Origin: an uncultured Chloroflexia bacterium
GTDB taxonomy: Bacteria; Chloroflexota; Anaerolineae; CG2-30-64-16
Assembly (NCBI GenBank): GCA_963774265.1
Contig: CAVZDU010000001.1
Location: 64,001-128,000 of the forward strand
Reading direction: 5' to 3'
Length of the DNA: 64,000 nt
Part shown: positions 20,131 to 29,153 of the stretch, piece after piece
Numbering within the stretch: the stretch's first letter is position 1
Layout of the letters: every line of letters begins with the position of its first letter
The notes under the pieces: model-generated
What the model saw: the letters and a program-made list of their open reading frames with translations, nothing else
Databases searched by the model: none
What the model was told of the DNA's origin: nothing
Translations under genes and position numbers: made by a program

Positions 20131-21606
20131 CTATTTGGCCGGCAGTGTGAAAGCGAATACGTTGTCTGCCTCGTCCCGCTCCGCAACCAGATTGGCGGGA
20201 TCGACGACTGCCCACAAGTCGGCCTGCGCACTTGGCGCGCCAACCCAGTTCGCGGTGACCGTTGACGTTGCTCCGCAGCCTTCGAGAACATACACAAACC
20301 GTTCGGCGCCGATCGGAGTCCCGCCCTGCAGAGGATTGCCACGATAGAACTTCACCCCAAACATACCCGGTATGGCCGAATTACCGTTGTTCGCGACGGT
20401 AACAGACAGGGTGACCTGCTCTGTGCCGGAACCAGCCTCGCGCGTAGCCGATGCACGGACTGGTTGCAGATTAACATCGCCCGGATACCGGGCGGCAAGC
20501 GCGGCGAAGTTATCCCCATAAACGGTGCGCTGCCGGGTCAACGGACTGAACAGCATGCCGTTGTACCCATCGCTCAGGCTATACCACGCCCAGGCTTGGA
20601 CGAGGCGGTCATTGTCGGGAGGATAGCCGTTTGGTCCGGTCGCTGAATTCAGGAACTCAAAAGCTCCGGTCATGAACGCATTCACGCGAGCGGGACCAAA
20701 GCCGGAGCCGTAATCCTCTGGCCAAAGAATGCCGAACTCGGTAATGATCAGTGGGCGATCTTGATAGTCGCGGTCAGCCATCCACTGCCGGAATGTTTCG
20801 ATGAAGTCCTTAAAGATGTCCAGGCGATCGTGATCGTCGATTTCGTAGAGCATCCCTTCGTCTGCACGGATGCCCGGCGGTATGTCTGCGCCCCAAGAAT
20901 CAGGCCAATCACCGCGTCGCTCCCGGAGGATGAAAGCATGGATGTTCCAGACATCGACAGGCATCGCCGGCTCGTCGGGGTTCGGCCGGCCGTAGAGCCT
21001 CTCGTACTCCTGCAACACCATATCGAGATACTGAAGGCGCAGGGGTGTAGGTTGGACGACGGCGCCGATGGCGACCCGGGCGGTGGGGTCTACCTGTTTG
21101 ATCACCGTATACAGATCATGATAGGCTCGCGCATACGGGCCCGGCTCGATGCTGTCTTGCCAGTACCTGCGATCAGGTTCATTGCCGATGATCCACAACG
21201 CCCCGACCCGGCCAGCCACGATTTCCGGCAACTCATCCGCTGTGGGCTGAGATGCGTAACCATCATTGCCGATTTGCGACAGACGGATCATGGGATGATA
21301 GGTGATTCCGTCGGGCTGCGCTGGATTTGGCGTCGTCGTCCAATCGAGATACCAGCCCAGCCGCAAGGCCCGAATCGGATAGGCGGCAATGGCGGAAGTA
21401 CCGCCGACGCCCAACCGGCACAACTTCTGGCTTGCAGGGATCGCGGTGTTCGCGATCGCTGGCAGAAGGAGCCGGCCCTGTGATTGCGGCGCCTGGAGCG
21501 TGACTGCCGGCGCTGCTTGCGCCGAACTGACTCGCAGCAACAAGATCAGAGGCAAAAGCCAGAATACGGATATCGCCGCAATCCGCAAGGGCCGCACCAA
21601 TGTCAC
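20131..21606 (-). CDS. Secreted clan-A-like glycoside hydrolase with C-terminal CARDB domain; N-terminal LLLPAIAN motif
   Basis: Signal peptide; IGNEPD acid/base and ITEFG nucleophile motifs; VVDPANLVAERDEADN CARDB signature. Confidence 0.78.
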   Translation of the reverse strand: MTLVRPLRIAAISVFWLLPLILLLRVSSAQAAPAVTLQAPQSQGRLLLPAIANTAIPASQKLCRLGVGGTSAIAAYPIRALRLGWYLDWTTTPNPAQPDGITYHPMIRLSQIGNDGYASQPTADELPEIVAGRVGALWIIGNEPDRRYWQDSIEPGPYARAYHDLYTVIKQVDPTARVAIGAVVQPTPLRLQYLDMVLQEYERLYGRPNPDEPAMPVDVWNIHAFILRERRGDWPDSWGADIPPGIRADEGMLYEIDDHDRLDIFKDFIETFRQWMADRDYQDRPLIITEFGILWPEDYGSGFGPARVNAFMTGAFEFLNSATGPNGYPPDNDRLVQAWAWYSLSDGYNGMLFSPLTRQRTVYGDNFAALAARYPGDVNLQPVRASATREAGSGTEQVTLSVTVANNGNSAIPGMFGVKFYRGNPLQGGTPIGAERFVYVLEGCGATSTVTANWVGAPSAQADLWAVVDPANLVAERDEADNVFAFTLPAK

Positions 21607-22988
21607 GGCATCTGCTCTAGATAAAGCGGTTGCTGGCTCACCGTGAACCGCACAAAGCCATCCGATGAGCCATCGTCGCCGTCCCGCAGAATGCCCTGGA
21701 CGACGCCCAGCGAATCTGACACCTTGAGGTTATCTCCCGCCAGCTTCAGTGTGACGGGACTGAAGGTGTCTGTCCAGGCCACATACAACTTGTGACCCGC
21801 CTTAAACTCATACACATGCTCGTCTTCGCTTCCCCCTCTCTCGTTCTGGGGAACCGCGCGCAAGAAGGTGGCGCCACTCAACTTGCCCGCCATGGAGCGA
21901 TACGCATCGAAGGAAGGTTTCCGCACCCCCGCAGCCGTCAGCAGACCCGTTTCGCCCCAATAATCCGGCAGATCGAGCCAAGACCACCAGATCATAAGCT
22001 GGTTGCCTGCAGCCGCGGATTGCGTGGACATCTTCACCAGGTAATTGGCCTGCACTTGTGGCGAGCTGGGCTGCGATGGCTCGGCATCGCTGTGGTGCCC
22101 GGCCTCAGTGACGATGATAGGCATCCACCCATACCCGTATCTCGACAATATATCGCGCAGGTAATTGGTCTTGCCCATCAGGCCGTCGCCGTATGGCTTC
22201 CACCGCCACTCGAAGTACGGGTAGTAGTGGAAGTTCATCAGGTCCATGCAGTTCCCGCCGCCGTTCTTCAACACGTCCTCGATGAAGCTGCGAACAAACG
22301 GACCCCTGTCCTCTTTGAAGAAATCGTACGCGATGCCGCCGATAGCAACTCTCGCGCTCGGGTTCGCTGCCTTGGTTGCACGGTAGGCAGTGCAAAGCAT
22401 GGCCGCATATTCCTTGCCGTATGGACCCCAGAACGGCTGGACTCCTTCCGCTCCGACAACATCGCCGGCATCGGGCTCGTTGTAGAGTTCCCAAATGCGA
22501 ACCTTGGGCGAGCCGGGCGCATCCTGATTACCGTCGCCGTCATAGCGTTCGACCAGCGCGCCCATGAACTGGCCGAATTCATCCAGCCCGACTTTGTCAA
22601 TGGGGCCATTGGTATAGGTGGCCGCCCACTTCGGAGCCCGTTCAATCGTCACAAGCGGACGCAGATTGAGCTGCACTGCGGCCAGCATGGACGCATCCAT
22701 CGAGGACCAGTCGTATTTGTCCGGCGTCGTGTTATTTGGCTCAACACTCCCCCAGAACACGCGCCAGCGCAACCAGTCCACCCCAGCCTCTGGGGTGTCC
22801 GCGGCATACTGATCGGTGACGGCGCCGTACATTTGGACCCCAAATGCAGGCACGGGTTTCTGGTTGAAGACCGCCGGAAGCGTCAACGTATTGCCGGAGC
22901 CCGCCTGGTCAACAGGTGTCTGGGCGGCCGCTGATGCGGGACAAAGACAGGCTAGGCAGCAGAGTGCCACAACGAGAAAACGCAGCAT
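21603..22988 (-). CDS. Secreted GH39/GH5-like glycoside hydrolase; N-terminal LTLPAVFN motif
   Basis: Signal peptide; WGSVEP, WELYNEPD, NFHYY, IIVTEAG. Confidence 0.8.
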   Translation of the reverse strand: MLRFLVVALCCLACLCPASAAAQTPVDQAGSGNTLTLPAVFNQKPVPAFGVQMYGAVTDQYAADTPEAGVDWLRWRVFWGSVEPNNTTPDKYDWSSMDASMLAAVQLNLRPLVTIERAPKWAATYTNGPIDKVGLDEFGQFMGALVERYDGDGNQDAPGSPKVRIWELYNEPDAGDVVGAEGVQPFWGPYGKEYAAMLCTAYRATKAANPSARVAIGGIAYDFFKEDRGPFVRSFIEDVLKNGGGNCMDLMNFHYYPYFEWRWKPYGDGLMGKTNYLRDILSRYGYGWMPIIVTEAGHHSDAEPSQPSSPQVQANYLVKMSTQSAAAGNQLMIWWSWLDLPDYWGETGLLTAAGVRKPSFDAYRSMAGKLSGATFLRAVPQNERGGSEDEHVYEFKAGHKLYVAWTDTFSPVTLKLAGDNLKVSDSLGVVQGILRDGDDGSSDGFVRFTVSQQPLYLEQMP

Positions 22989-22993
22989 ACCTT

Positions 22994-24037
22994 TCACCTT
23001 TTGGATACAAGTGGGAGGTAGATGGAGTAAGAATAAGGCGCACACCAGCGCACGAGCCGGTTCTGCGCGTTATCTGCCAGCCAACCACATAGGTTTTCGT
23101 CAAAGGACAGCCCGGTGAAGCCGGCGCCGGGCGCCGGTAGCTCTCGGACCACCGTCGATGAGGGACCCAGCCAGCCTACTCGTTGCCCGGTCCGCTCGGT
23201 AAACCAGATTCGTCCCCCGGCCAGCTCGATCGCATAGGGATTACTCCCCGCGACAGACAGGCCAACCCATCGCAGAAGAGTCAATGTGCCGGGGTCATAG
23301 TGGCCGATTCGATTGCCGGCCCGATCCGTAAACCAGGGATACGCACCGGTCTCGACGCTGATATTCCAGGGTTCACTGGCTGCGCCTGTGTAGACGAAGG
23401 CAAACGCAAGATCACCCGGCCACAGGTTCAAGTTAAACCGGCCGATTTGGCTTGTGCCGGGCGCAGTGAACCACGCAATCCCATCGCCAGCCAGATCAAT
23501 GTCTTCAAACTGCGCACCCGGCGTTGGAGATGCATACTCGGTGAGAGTGGCCTCACCCTGAATGGGAATCACCAAACGGCCGACCTTGTTCCCGGTGCGC
23601 TCGACGAACCAGACCTCGGTTGGATCGCCTGGTTGCACGTCCAACCCGGTGGGTTCACTGGCGAGCGTGGGGATCGCGTATTCAGTCCAGCTTGTCATGG
23701 CAGGATTGAACTGCGCGATCTTGTTGCCGGCCCGCTCCGTCACCCAGACCAGCTGATCAGCACAGGCGATATCGTAAGGTTGGCTTGCTGGGGTAGGCAG
23801 GGAAAACGTTTGAACGGCGACGCTCGGCGCCAGGCTTAAGCGGCCGAGCATATTCTGCTCCGGCAGCGTAAACCACACCGTGTCAGGTGACTGGGCGCAG
23901 ACCCGAAAGGGCTGGCCAGCACCAATCGGGTACTCGGTGAATACCCCTGCAGCGGCTTGCGCTGCGACTTGTGGCGCACCAAATGCGGCCGCGAGGACCG
24001 CCCAGAGCACAACCACAATGGCTGGTAAGGTCGCCAT
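22994..24037 (-). CDS. Secreted Vgb/streptogramin-lyase-like beta-propeller with C-terminal YLPLVSKR tail
   Basis: Signal peptide; repeated WFTE..GNKIG and SxPxxI blades; GGAGG RBS. Confidence 0.8.
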   Translation of the reverse strand: MATLPAIVVVLWAVLAAAFGAPQVAAQAAAGVFTEYPIGAGQPFRVCAQSPDTVWFTLPEQNMLGRLSLAPSVAVQTFSLPTPASQPYDIACADQLVWVTERAGNKIAQFNPAMTSWTEYAIPTLASEPTGLDVQPGDPTEVWFVERTGNKVGRLVIPIQGEATLTEYASPTPGAQFEDIDLAGDGIAWFTAPGTSQIGRFNLNLWPGDLAFAFVYTGAASEPWNISVETGAYPWFTDRAGNRIGHYDPGTLTLLRWVGLSVAGSNPYAIELAGGRIWFTERTGQRVGWLGPSSTVVRELPAPGAGFTGLSFDENLCGWLADNAQNRLVRWCAPYSYSIYLPLVSKR

Positions 24038-24069
24038 GGAGGACCTCCGATGCCAATCTATAGCAGGAC

Positions 24070-24588
24070 CTAAGGCCAAGCCAGTTCAAGTTTGCCCAGG
24101 TCAACGCGTTCATCGGCCTTAATGGAGAAAACCCGAGGCGAATCCTCTGAACGCGACTGCGGGATGACCAGCCAGTTCAATGGAGCCCATATCACGAGGA
24201 AATAATCCCCAGGCAGCACATTGTTCAGCAAAAATCGTCCCTGCTCATCTGTCTTACCGCTGATATCGCCTTGTTCAGGCCGGGCGCTTCCCATCACCGC
24301 AGGCAGTTCAGTTGCACTATCCTGCAAGTGATAGAGATAGAAGTAGGTCCCAGGCACGGGGCCATTGCCGGTGTAAGTGAAGATTTCCCCGCCGACCGTG
24401 GCCTTCCCGGCTTCTGACGCAGGTAGTGGGAGAGCATTGTTGGCGACAACGGGAGGCGGCAGCGGCGAAATCGGCGATTCGGTCGCCAACGGGGGCATGG
24501 TTGTTGCTGGTAAGCTACTGCAGGCAGCGAACACCCACATCGTCATCAGCAGGACAAAGACAATCCACCAACTCGATCTTGTCATCAT
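24070..24588 (-). CDS. Lipoprotein with Pro-rich linker and carboxypeptidase-regulatory/CnaB-like beta domain
   Basis: Lipobox FAAC; TDEQGRFLLNNVLPGDY. Confidence 0.7.
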   Translation of the reverse strand: MMTRSSWWIVFVLLMTMWVFAACSSLPATTMPPLATESPISPLPPPVVANNALPLPASEAGKATVGGEIFTYTGNGPVPGTYFYLYHLQDSATELPAVMGSARPEQGDISGKTDEQGRFLLNNVLPGDYFLVIWAPLNWLVIPQSRSEDSPRVFSIKADERVDLGKLELAWP

Positions 24589-24621
24589 TCTTCTAAGTAT
24601 AGACTAAAATCGCCCACACGT

Positions 24622-24654
24622 AAAACTGGCCAGCCGTTGGTGCGGCTGGCCAGT
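24622..24654 (-). terminator. Rho-independent terminator of the 4-repeat secreted protein gene
   Basis: actggccagccg-6 nt-cggctggccagt 12-bp stem with T run on minus strand. Confidence 0.8.
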
Positions 24655-24687
24655 CCTTACAGGCTGAACCTACAGGATCGCTAAAGG

Positions 24688-26118
24688 TTACGGCTGCGTG
24701 AAGGCATTGTGTGCCATGAAGTTGTCACCGCTGGCCAGGCTTGGGTTGATGGATGCCAGGAACGTGAGCTGAGCGAAGCCCGCCAGCGCATGGTCCGAGT
24801 CCACCACCAGGGTGCCATTCCAGCCATCGGGCAGTTCCGGCACTGCCGTGCGGTGATTCTGGATCAGGTTGCCACCCGCCGGGATCGACGCACTAAATGA
24901 GATCGGGGTTGCGCTGCCGCCAGCTGCGATGTATTCTGCCGAAGGCGTGTACGTCAAGGTCGCGTTCGCTGCGTTGGCCGTATCCAGGTTCTGGACCGTG
25001 ATCGCGGTCGCGAACCCGTTCGGCAGGCGCTTGGCAACCAGCGGGACAACGACCTTCGTATCGGTCGAGCCGCCCCGGAAAGCCTCGTAAGCCGCCGCTT
25101 CGCCGGTGGCCACAAAGCGCATCTGGACGAACGCCACGACGTTGCCCGTCGAAGTGACAACACAAGAACCCGTGTACAGCGCAGGAACGGTCATGTCGGT
25201 CACAGGGTTGACGGCCCAGGCGGCCTTGTTCGGAACGGCGTCCGCGTTGGTCTTACTAAACGGATTCGCGTTGTTGGTGTCTTTGCAGTTCACGGTGATG
25301 CCGCCGGCCGCAATCGGACCGCCGCTCAGGTTCTGGACCGAGATCGGCGTGCTCAGGCTATTCGCCAGGCGGGACGTGAAGAGCGGGACGAACCACTGTT
25401 GCGCCGGTGCAGACACCGGGAAGGCGTTGAAGGTCTGCATCGCGTCGCCGGTGAAGAAGTTGGCGACGACTGCAACCTGCCCGCCACTCAGCGCGCGCAC
25501 TTCGGCGGAACCGATGAAGCCATCGCTCAACCCGGGTTCGGTAGCGAGATCGTACAGGAACGCTGCGTTCGGTGCGATCGCAATGCCGGTCTTGGTGAAG
25601 CCGGCGCCGCCGACACTGGAGAGCAACTCAACTTCCACGCTCACGGAGGCCGTGCCCGAATTCTGGATCACGATCTGGCTATTGGCAAGGCCCGTTGCGG
25701 TGGGCCGATTCTTAGCTGCCAGCGGAACATAGAAGGACGCGGCGCCGGCCGAGAAACCGGAATAAGCGCCGCTGCTGGTCGGGTTTTGACCACGTGCGAG
25801 GACCTGGACAACCGCGCCCACAGACTTATCGGCGCTCACAACAACCGAGCCACGGCCCGCAGCGAGAGCCGAGTCAAGGTACTGGCGGAAGATTTTCTGA
25901 CCGCCATTGGCTGCCAGCGTGAAGCTCTCATCGGCTTTCCACACCGTGCCATCCGTCTTGAAGTATTGCACGGTGCCGCCTGCCGGTTCACTTTCAAGGT
26001 TCACAAGTGTGAAGTTGGTGCTCAGGCTCTTGGTGGTCGACTGCGCCGCACCCGTAAGTACTGTCGCCAGTATCAGGGTGAGCGTGAGAAGGGTGATTGA
26101 GACGGTCCTTCGCTTCAT
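24688..26118 (-). CDS. Secreted 476-aa protein with four ~110-aa beta-sandwich-like repeats; candidate S-layer/surface scaffold
   Basis: AGGAGG RBS; signal MKRRTVSITLL..TGAA; repeats share SxIxVQN, GSxxV, VxAxV and AYxxF; rich in A/S/T/G/V. Function is inferred. Confidence 0.8.
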   Translation of the reverse strand: MKRRTVSITLLTLTLILATVLTGAAQSTTKSLSTNFTLVNLESEPAGGTVQYFKTDGTVWKADESFTLAANGGQKIFRQYLDSALAAGRGSVVVSADKSVGAVVQVLARGQNPTSSGAYSGFSAGAASFYVPLAAKNRPTATGLANSQIVIQNSGTASVSVEVELLSSVGGAGFTKTGIAIAPNAAFLYDLATEPGLSDGFIGSAEVRALSGGQVAVVANFFTGDAMQTFNAFPVSAPAQQWFVPLFTSRLANSLSTPISVQNLSGGPIAAGGITVNCKDTNNANPFSKTNADAVPNKAAWAVNPVTDMTVPALYTGSCVVTSTGNVVAFVQMRFVATGEAAAYEAFRGGSTDTKVVVPLVAKRLPNGFATAITVQNLDTANAANATLTYTPSAEYIAAGGSATPISFSASIPAGGNLIQNHRTAVPELPDGWNGTLVVDSDHALAGFAQLTFLASINPSLASGDNFMAHNAFTQP

Positions 26119-26182
26119 AAGATTGCCTCCTGCGGAACGATAGGTCGAGTTGACGAGGTCTTGGGGACTTCGTACCGGGCCT

Positions 26183-26211
26183 AGTATGGACGCTGCGCGG
26201 CTAAAAAGCAA
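26183..26211 (-). promoter_or_regulatory. Putative sigma70 promoter for the 4-repeat protein
   Basis: TTGCTT-N17-CATACT on minus strand. Confidence 0.5.
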
Positions 26212-26243
26212 TACCCCAAGTGGGTTAACTATGCCCGCGCGGG

Positions 26244-27215
26244 TCAAACAGGCGTATCTTCCCGCCCTTTTCGCGTCGCGCGGAGCGCAAAGCCTGCCAG
26301 CACCCAGGCAAGTTCGGCCAGGACCATGGCCAGTCGCGAGATAACTGCGACGAGGCCCCCCATCGCCACGGGCAGACCGGCCGCTTGTACCAGGACTGCC
26401 GACATGACCGCCTCACGCACACCAATGCCAGACGGGACAAAGAGGATAAGAAACCCGACTGCCCACGAGGCCGAGGCTGCCAGCGCGCTGACGCGTAGAT
26501 CGATGCCGGATCCCGGAGCCACGGCCCGGGCAACCCAATAGACCGACGCGGCATAGGAGAGCCAAAGCGGCACTGTCAGCGCCAACGCGGCGACCCACGC
26601 GCCGGGCTGCGGCGCAGAAGGAAACGCCAACCGCCTGAACCGCCTGCCAGCCCATTCCACAAACCGCGGCGCGAGAAAGACGGCCAGGCACATCAAGATG
26701 ATGGACCCGACGGGCGCAACGTGACGCCAGGGTTCTCCGAGAAGCGGCCCGCCAGTGACTCCGACGCACGCGATTGCTGTCACAAGGATCGCGGCTGCTT
26801 CGAGCACCGACCCGGTCAACGAGAGGGGATAGCCCACACCGTGGTCGTCCAGCAGCCACTGGCTTCGGCTCAAGTAGCCCCACACGGTGCCGGGGATGTA
26901 GCGGGGCAGAAAGGAGATCATAAACCCTTCTGTCGTCTCCCGCAGGGTGAGGGCCACGCAGAGATAACGCATGATGGCGCGCCAGGCCACCATCTGGAAA
27001 GCGGAAAGTACGAGCGCTGCGACGAATGCCGGGATCAATTGCCCAAGCGAAAGCTCGCCCAGGCCATCATACTGTTGCACCGCGAGCCAGGCGATCCGCA
27101 GCTGGTTGGCGAACAGCCCCAGGCCGAGCACCAGGCCAACGCGCCAGAGGACCGCGCGCAGCGACCAACGTGACCGCCCCGGGCGACCGCTGTCCGGGTC
27201 AGGAAGCATGGTCAT
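26244..27215 (-). CDS. YbhN/UPF0104 (LPG-synthase TM-like) flippase-type membrane protein
   Basis: LPRYIPGTVW, FVPSGIGVREA, SRL motifs; ATGA coupling. Confidence 0.8.
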   Translation of the reverse strand: MTMLPDPDSGRPGRSRWSLRAVLWRVGLVLGLGLFANQLRIAWLAVQQYDGLGELSLGQLIPAFVAALVLSAFQMVAWRAIMRYLCVALTLRETTEGFMISFLPRYIPGTVWGYLSRSQWLLDDHGVGYPLSLTGSVLEAAAILVTAIACVGVTGGPLLGEPWRHVAPVGSIILMCLAVFLAPRFVEWAGRRFRRLAFPSAPQPGAWVAALALTVPLWLSYAASVYWVARAVAPGSGIDLRVSALAASASWAVGFLILFVPSGIGVREAVMSAVLVQAAGLPVAMGGLVAVISRLAMVLAELAWVLAGFALRATRKGREDTPV

Positions 27216-27967
27216 GAGCTTACGCCTGGCTTCCAGAGAAGCCAGTTGAAATTTGGAAAAAACGGCAACGCCGAGCGCCAGATCCACCGGGGAAGTCTCC
27301 GCCCGAGGCGCGCGATCGGGCGCGTATCCGCGGCCAACTGGCTCTCCAACACTTCGAGCGTCACATCCTGGATATCAAAACGCTGCCACAGGCGACGCAA
27401 GCCCCACATTGGCCGGGAACGTTCGTAGTAGCGATCCCCGCGGCGCAGAACGCGCAAAGTGGCGTTGGCCAGGGGGGAGGGCAGCCAATGCACAAAAGGC
27501 AGGTTGTAGTGAAGCTCGATCGGAAACAGCCAATTTGGACCGCTAAAGAAGACTACCCCTCCCGGCGCAAGTACACGGTAAATCTCCTCGGCTAGCCGCG
27601 TGTCGTCCGGAACGTGCTCGTACACCTGCGCGCACAACACCACGTGAACGGATGCATCAGCGAGCGGCAAACGCATCGCGTCACCCCGAACGAAACGCAC
27701 GGCGGCGCGACCCTCGAGCGTCGTTGCGCCGAGCGCCAACGCGTCATATTCCACGCCGACCATCGTGCGAAAAAGTGAGGCTAATGAGGCGCTGATCAAG
27801 CCCGAGGAGCAGCCGATGTCCAGGCAGACTGCTTCAGCCAGAGGCCACGCCACGTGCCGTTCGAGGAGCATCCGAATCTTCGCTGCACGTCGCGAGCGGC
27901 TGGTCGCGTCCCGTACGGCGGCGGATAACTCATAGAAACCGTCCTGATAACCGCGCGGCTCAGCCAC
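27212..27967 (-). CDS. Class I SAM-dependent methyltransferase
   Basis: CLDIGCSSG, GDAMRLPLAD, VYEHV, RVLAPGG. Confidence 0.88.
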   Translation of the reverse strand: MAEPRGYQDGFYELSAAVRDATSRSRRAAKIRMLLERHVAWPLAEAVCLDIGCSSGLISASLASLFRTMVGVEYDALALGATTLEGRAAVRFVRGDAMRLPLADASVHVVLCAQVYEHVPDDTRLAEEIYRVLAPGGVVFFSGPNWLFPIELHYNLPFVHWLPSPLANATLRVLRRGDRYYERSRPMWGLRRLWQRFDIQDVTLEVLESQLAADTRPIARLGRRLPRWIWRSALPFFPNFNWLLWKPGVSS

Positions 27968-29153
27968 TGACGCCTCGGTAAATTTCGACCAGTCGAGCAG
28001 CGATGATATCCCAATCGTACTCCTTTTCTGCCCGGAGTCGCGCAGCCCGGCTCATGGCCTGCCAGCCAGGGTCGTCGCTCAAGACCGCCGTGATAGCCTC
28101 GGCCAGCGCCTGGGGCTGCGCAGGTGGCGCCAATTTGCCCACCTCCTGCGTGACGACGTCGACGATGCCATCTACAGCGCTCGCGACAATGGGAGTGCCG
28201 CACGAGAGTGCTTCCAGGAGGACCACGCCCAGCCCTTCCTCCAGGCTCGGCAAGACAAACAGCCTCGCCCGGCGCATCGCGGCCACGACTTCCGCCTGCG
28301 GCAGGAAGCCCGCCATGTCGATGCGATCGACGATGCCCAACGCCGCGGCCTGTTCGCGGAGCGCTTGCTCATCCGGCCCATCGCCCAGCATGACCAACCG
28401 ATAGCCAGGAAGGGCTGTGAGGACAGATGGCATGGCCTCGATCAAATGGTTGGCGCCCTTGCGCGGAATCAACGAGCCCACAAACAGAATCAGAGGTTCA
28501 CGTTCCGCCACTGGCGCCGGGGTGAACCGCCCGGTATCGACGCCATTCGGTACGATTGTCAGGCGGTCCATCGGTATGCCGGTGCGTGCGGTCGCCTGCG
28601 CCAGCGCGCGGCTCAGTACCAGCACGCGGTCGCAGGCCCGCAGTGTGGCCGCGGTCAGCCGGCGCCCGAGCCCGCTTCTTGTCACCTGAAAAATGTCGCT
28701 GCCCTGCAGAGTGGCAACGACCGGCCGGCGGTGGACGGGCCGCGCAAGCACAGCCGCAAGCGCCGACAACGTCCAGTTGGCATGCACCACGTCGCAATCA
28801 CGTGCCCACCGTGCGATCGCCAACACGTGCGCCAGGCCAAAAGGCACGAACAGCAACCGGGCCAGCTTGTTACGTCGCCAGATGATGGGCAGTCCACCGC
28901 CTTCGCGTCTCAGGATCTCCCAGTTCTCCCTGGGCATATAGCGCGGGCGGATGACCTCGATGCCTTCAAGCGTCTCATGCGTGGCCGCGCCCGGTGCGTG
29001 CATCGCGATCACGCGGACCGCAGCTCCCGTCCGGCAAACGGCGCGGGCGGCCTCCCAAACAAAACTGCCCTGCGCGTCGCCGGCCCAGCGGGGAAACGCA
29101 GTTGTAACGATACAGACTCTCAATTTGCGATCCATTTCCCTCAAGGGGTTCAC
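27960..29153 (-). CDS. Glycosyltransferase family 4
   Basis: VHANW, VPNGVD, FVGSLIPRKG, PSLEEGLGVVLLEA. Confidence 0.92.
   Translation of the reverse strand: MNPLREMDRKLRVCIVTTAFPRWAGDAQGSFVWEAARAVCRTGAAVRVIAMHAPGAATHETLEGIEVIRPRYMPRENWEILRREGGGLPIIWRRNKLARLLFVPFGLAHVLAIARWARDCDVVHANWTLSALAAVLARPVHRRPVVATLQGSDIFQVTRSGLGRRLTAATLRACDRVLVLSRALAQATARTGIPMDRLTIVPNGVDTGRFTPAPVAEREPLILFVGSLIPRKGANHLIEAMPSVLTALPGYRLVMLGDGPDEQALREQAAALGIVDRIDMAGFLPQAEVVAAMRRARLFVLPSLEEGLGVVLLEALSCGTPIVASAVDGIVDVVTQEVGKLAPPAQPQALAEAITAVLSDDPGWQAMSRAARLRAEKEYDWDIIAARLVEIYRGVSG

Noticed and set aside
22997-23029. YLPLVSKR as a sortase (LPxTG) or exosortase signal
   Set aside because: No TG and no following TM helix, and the same motif occurs N-terminally and inside scaffold repeats.
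22994-24037. Virginiamycin B lyase resistance gene
   Set aside because: Secreted, carries the surface tail and lies in an envelope locus; only the propeller repeat pattern is shared with Vgb.
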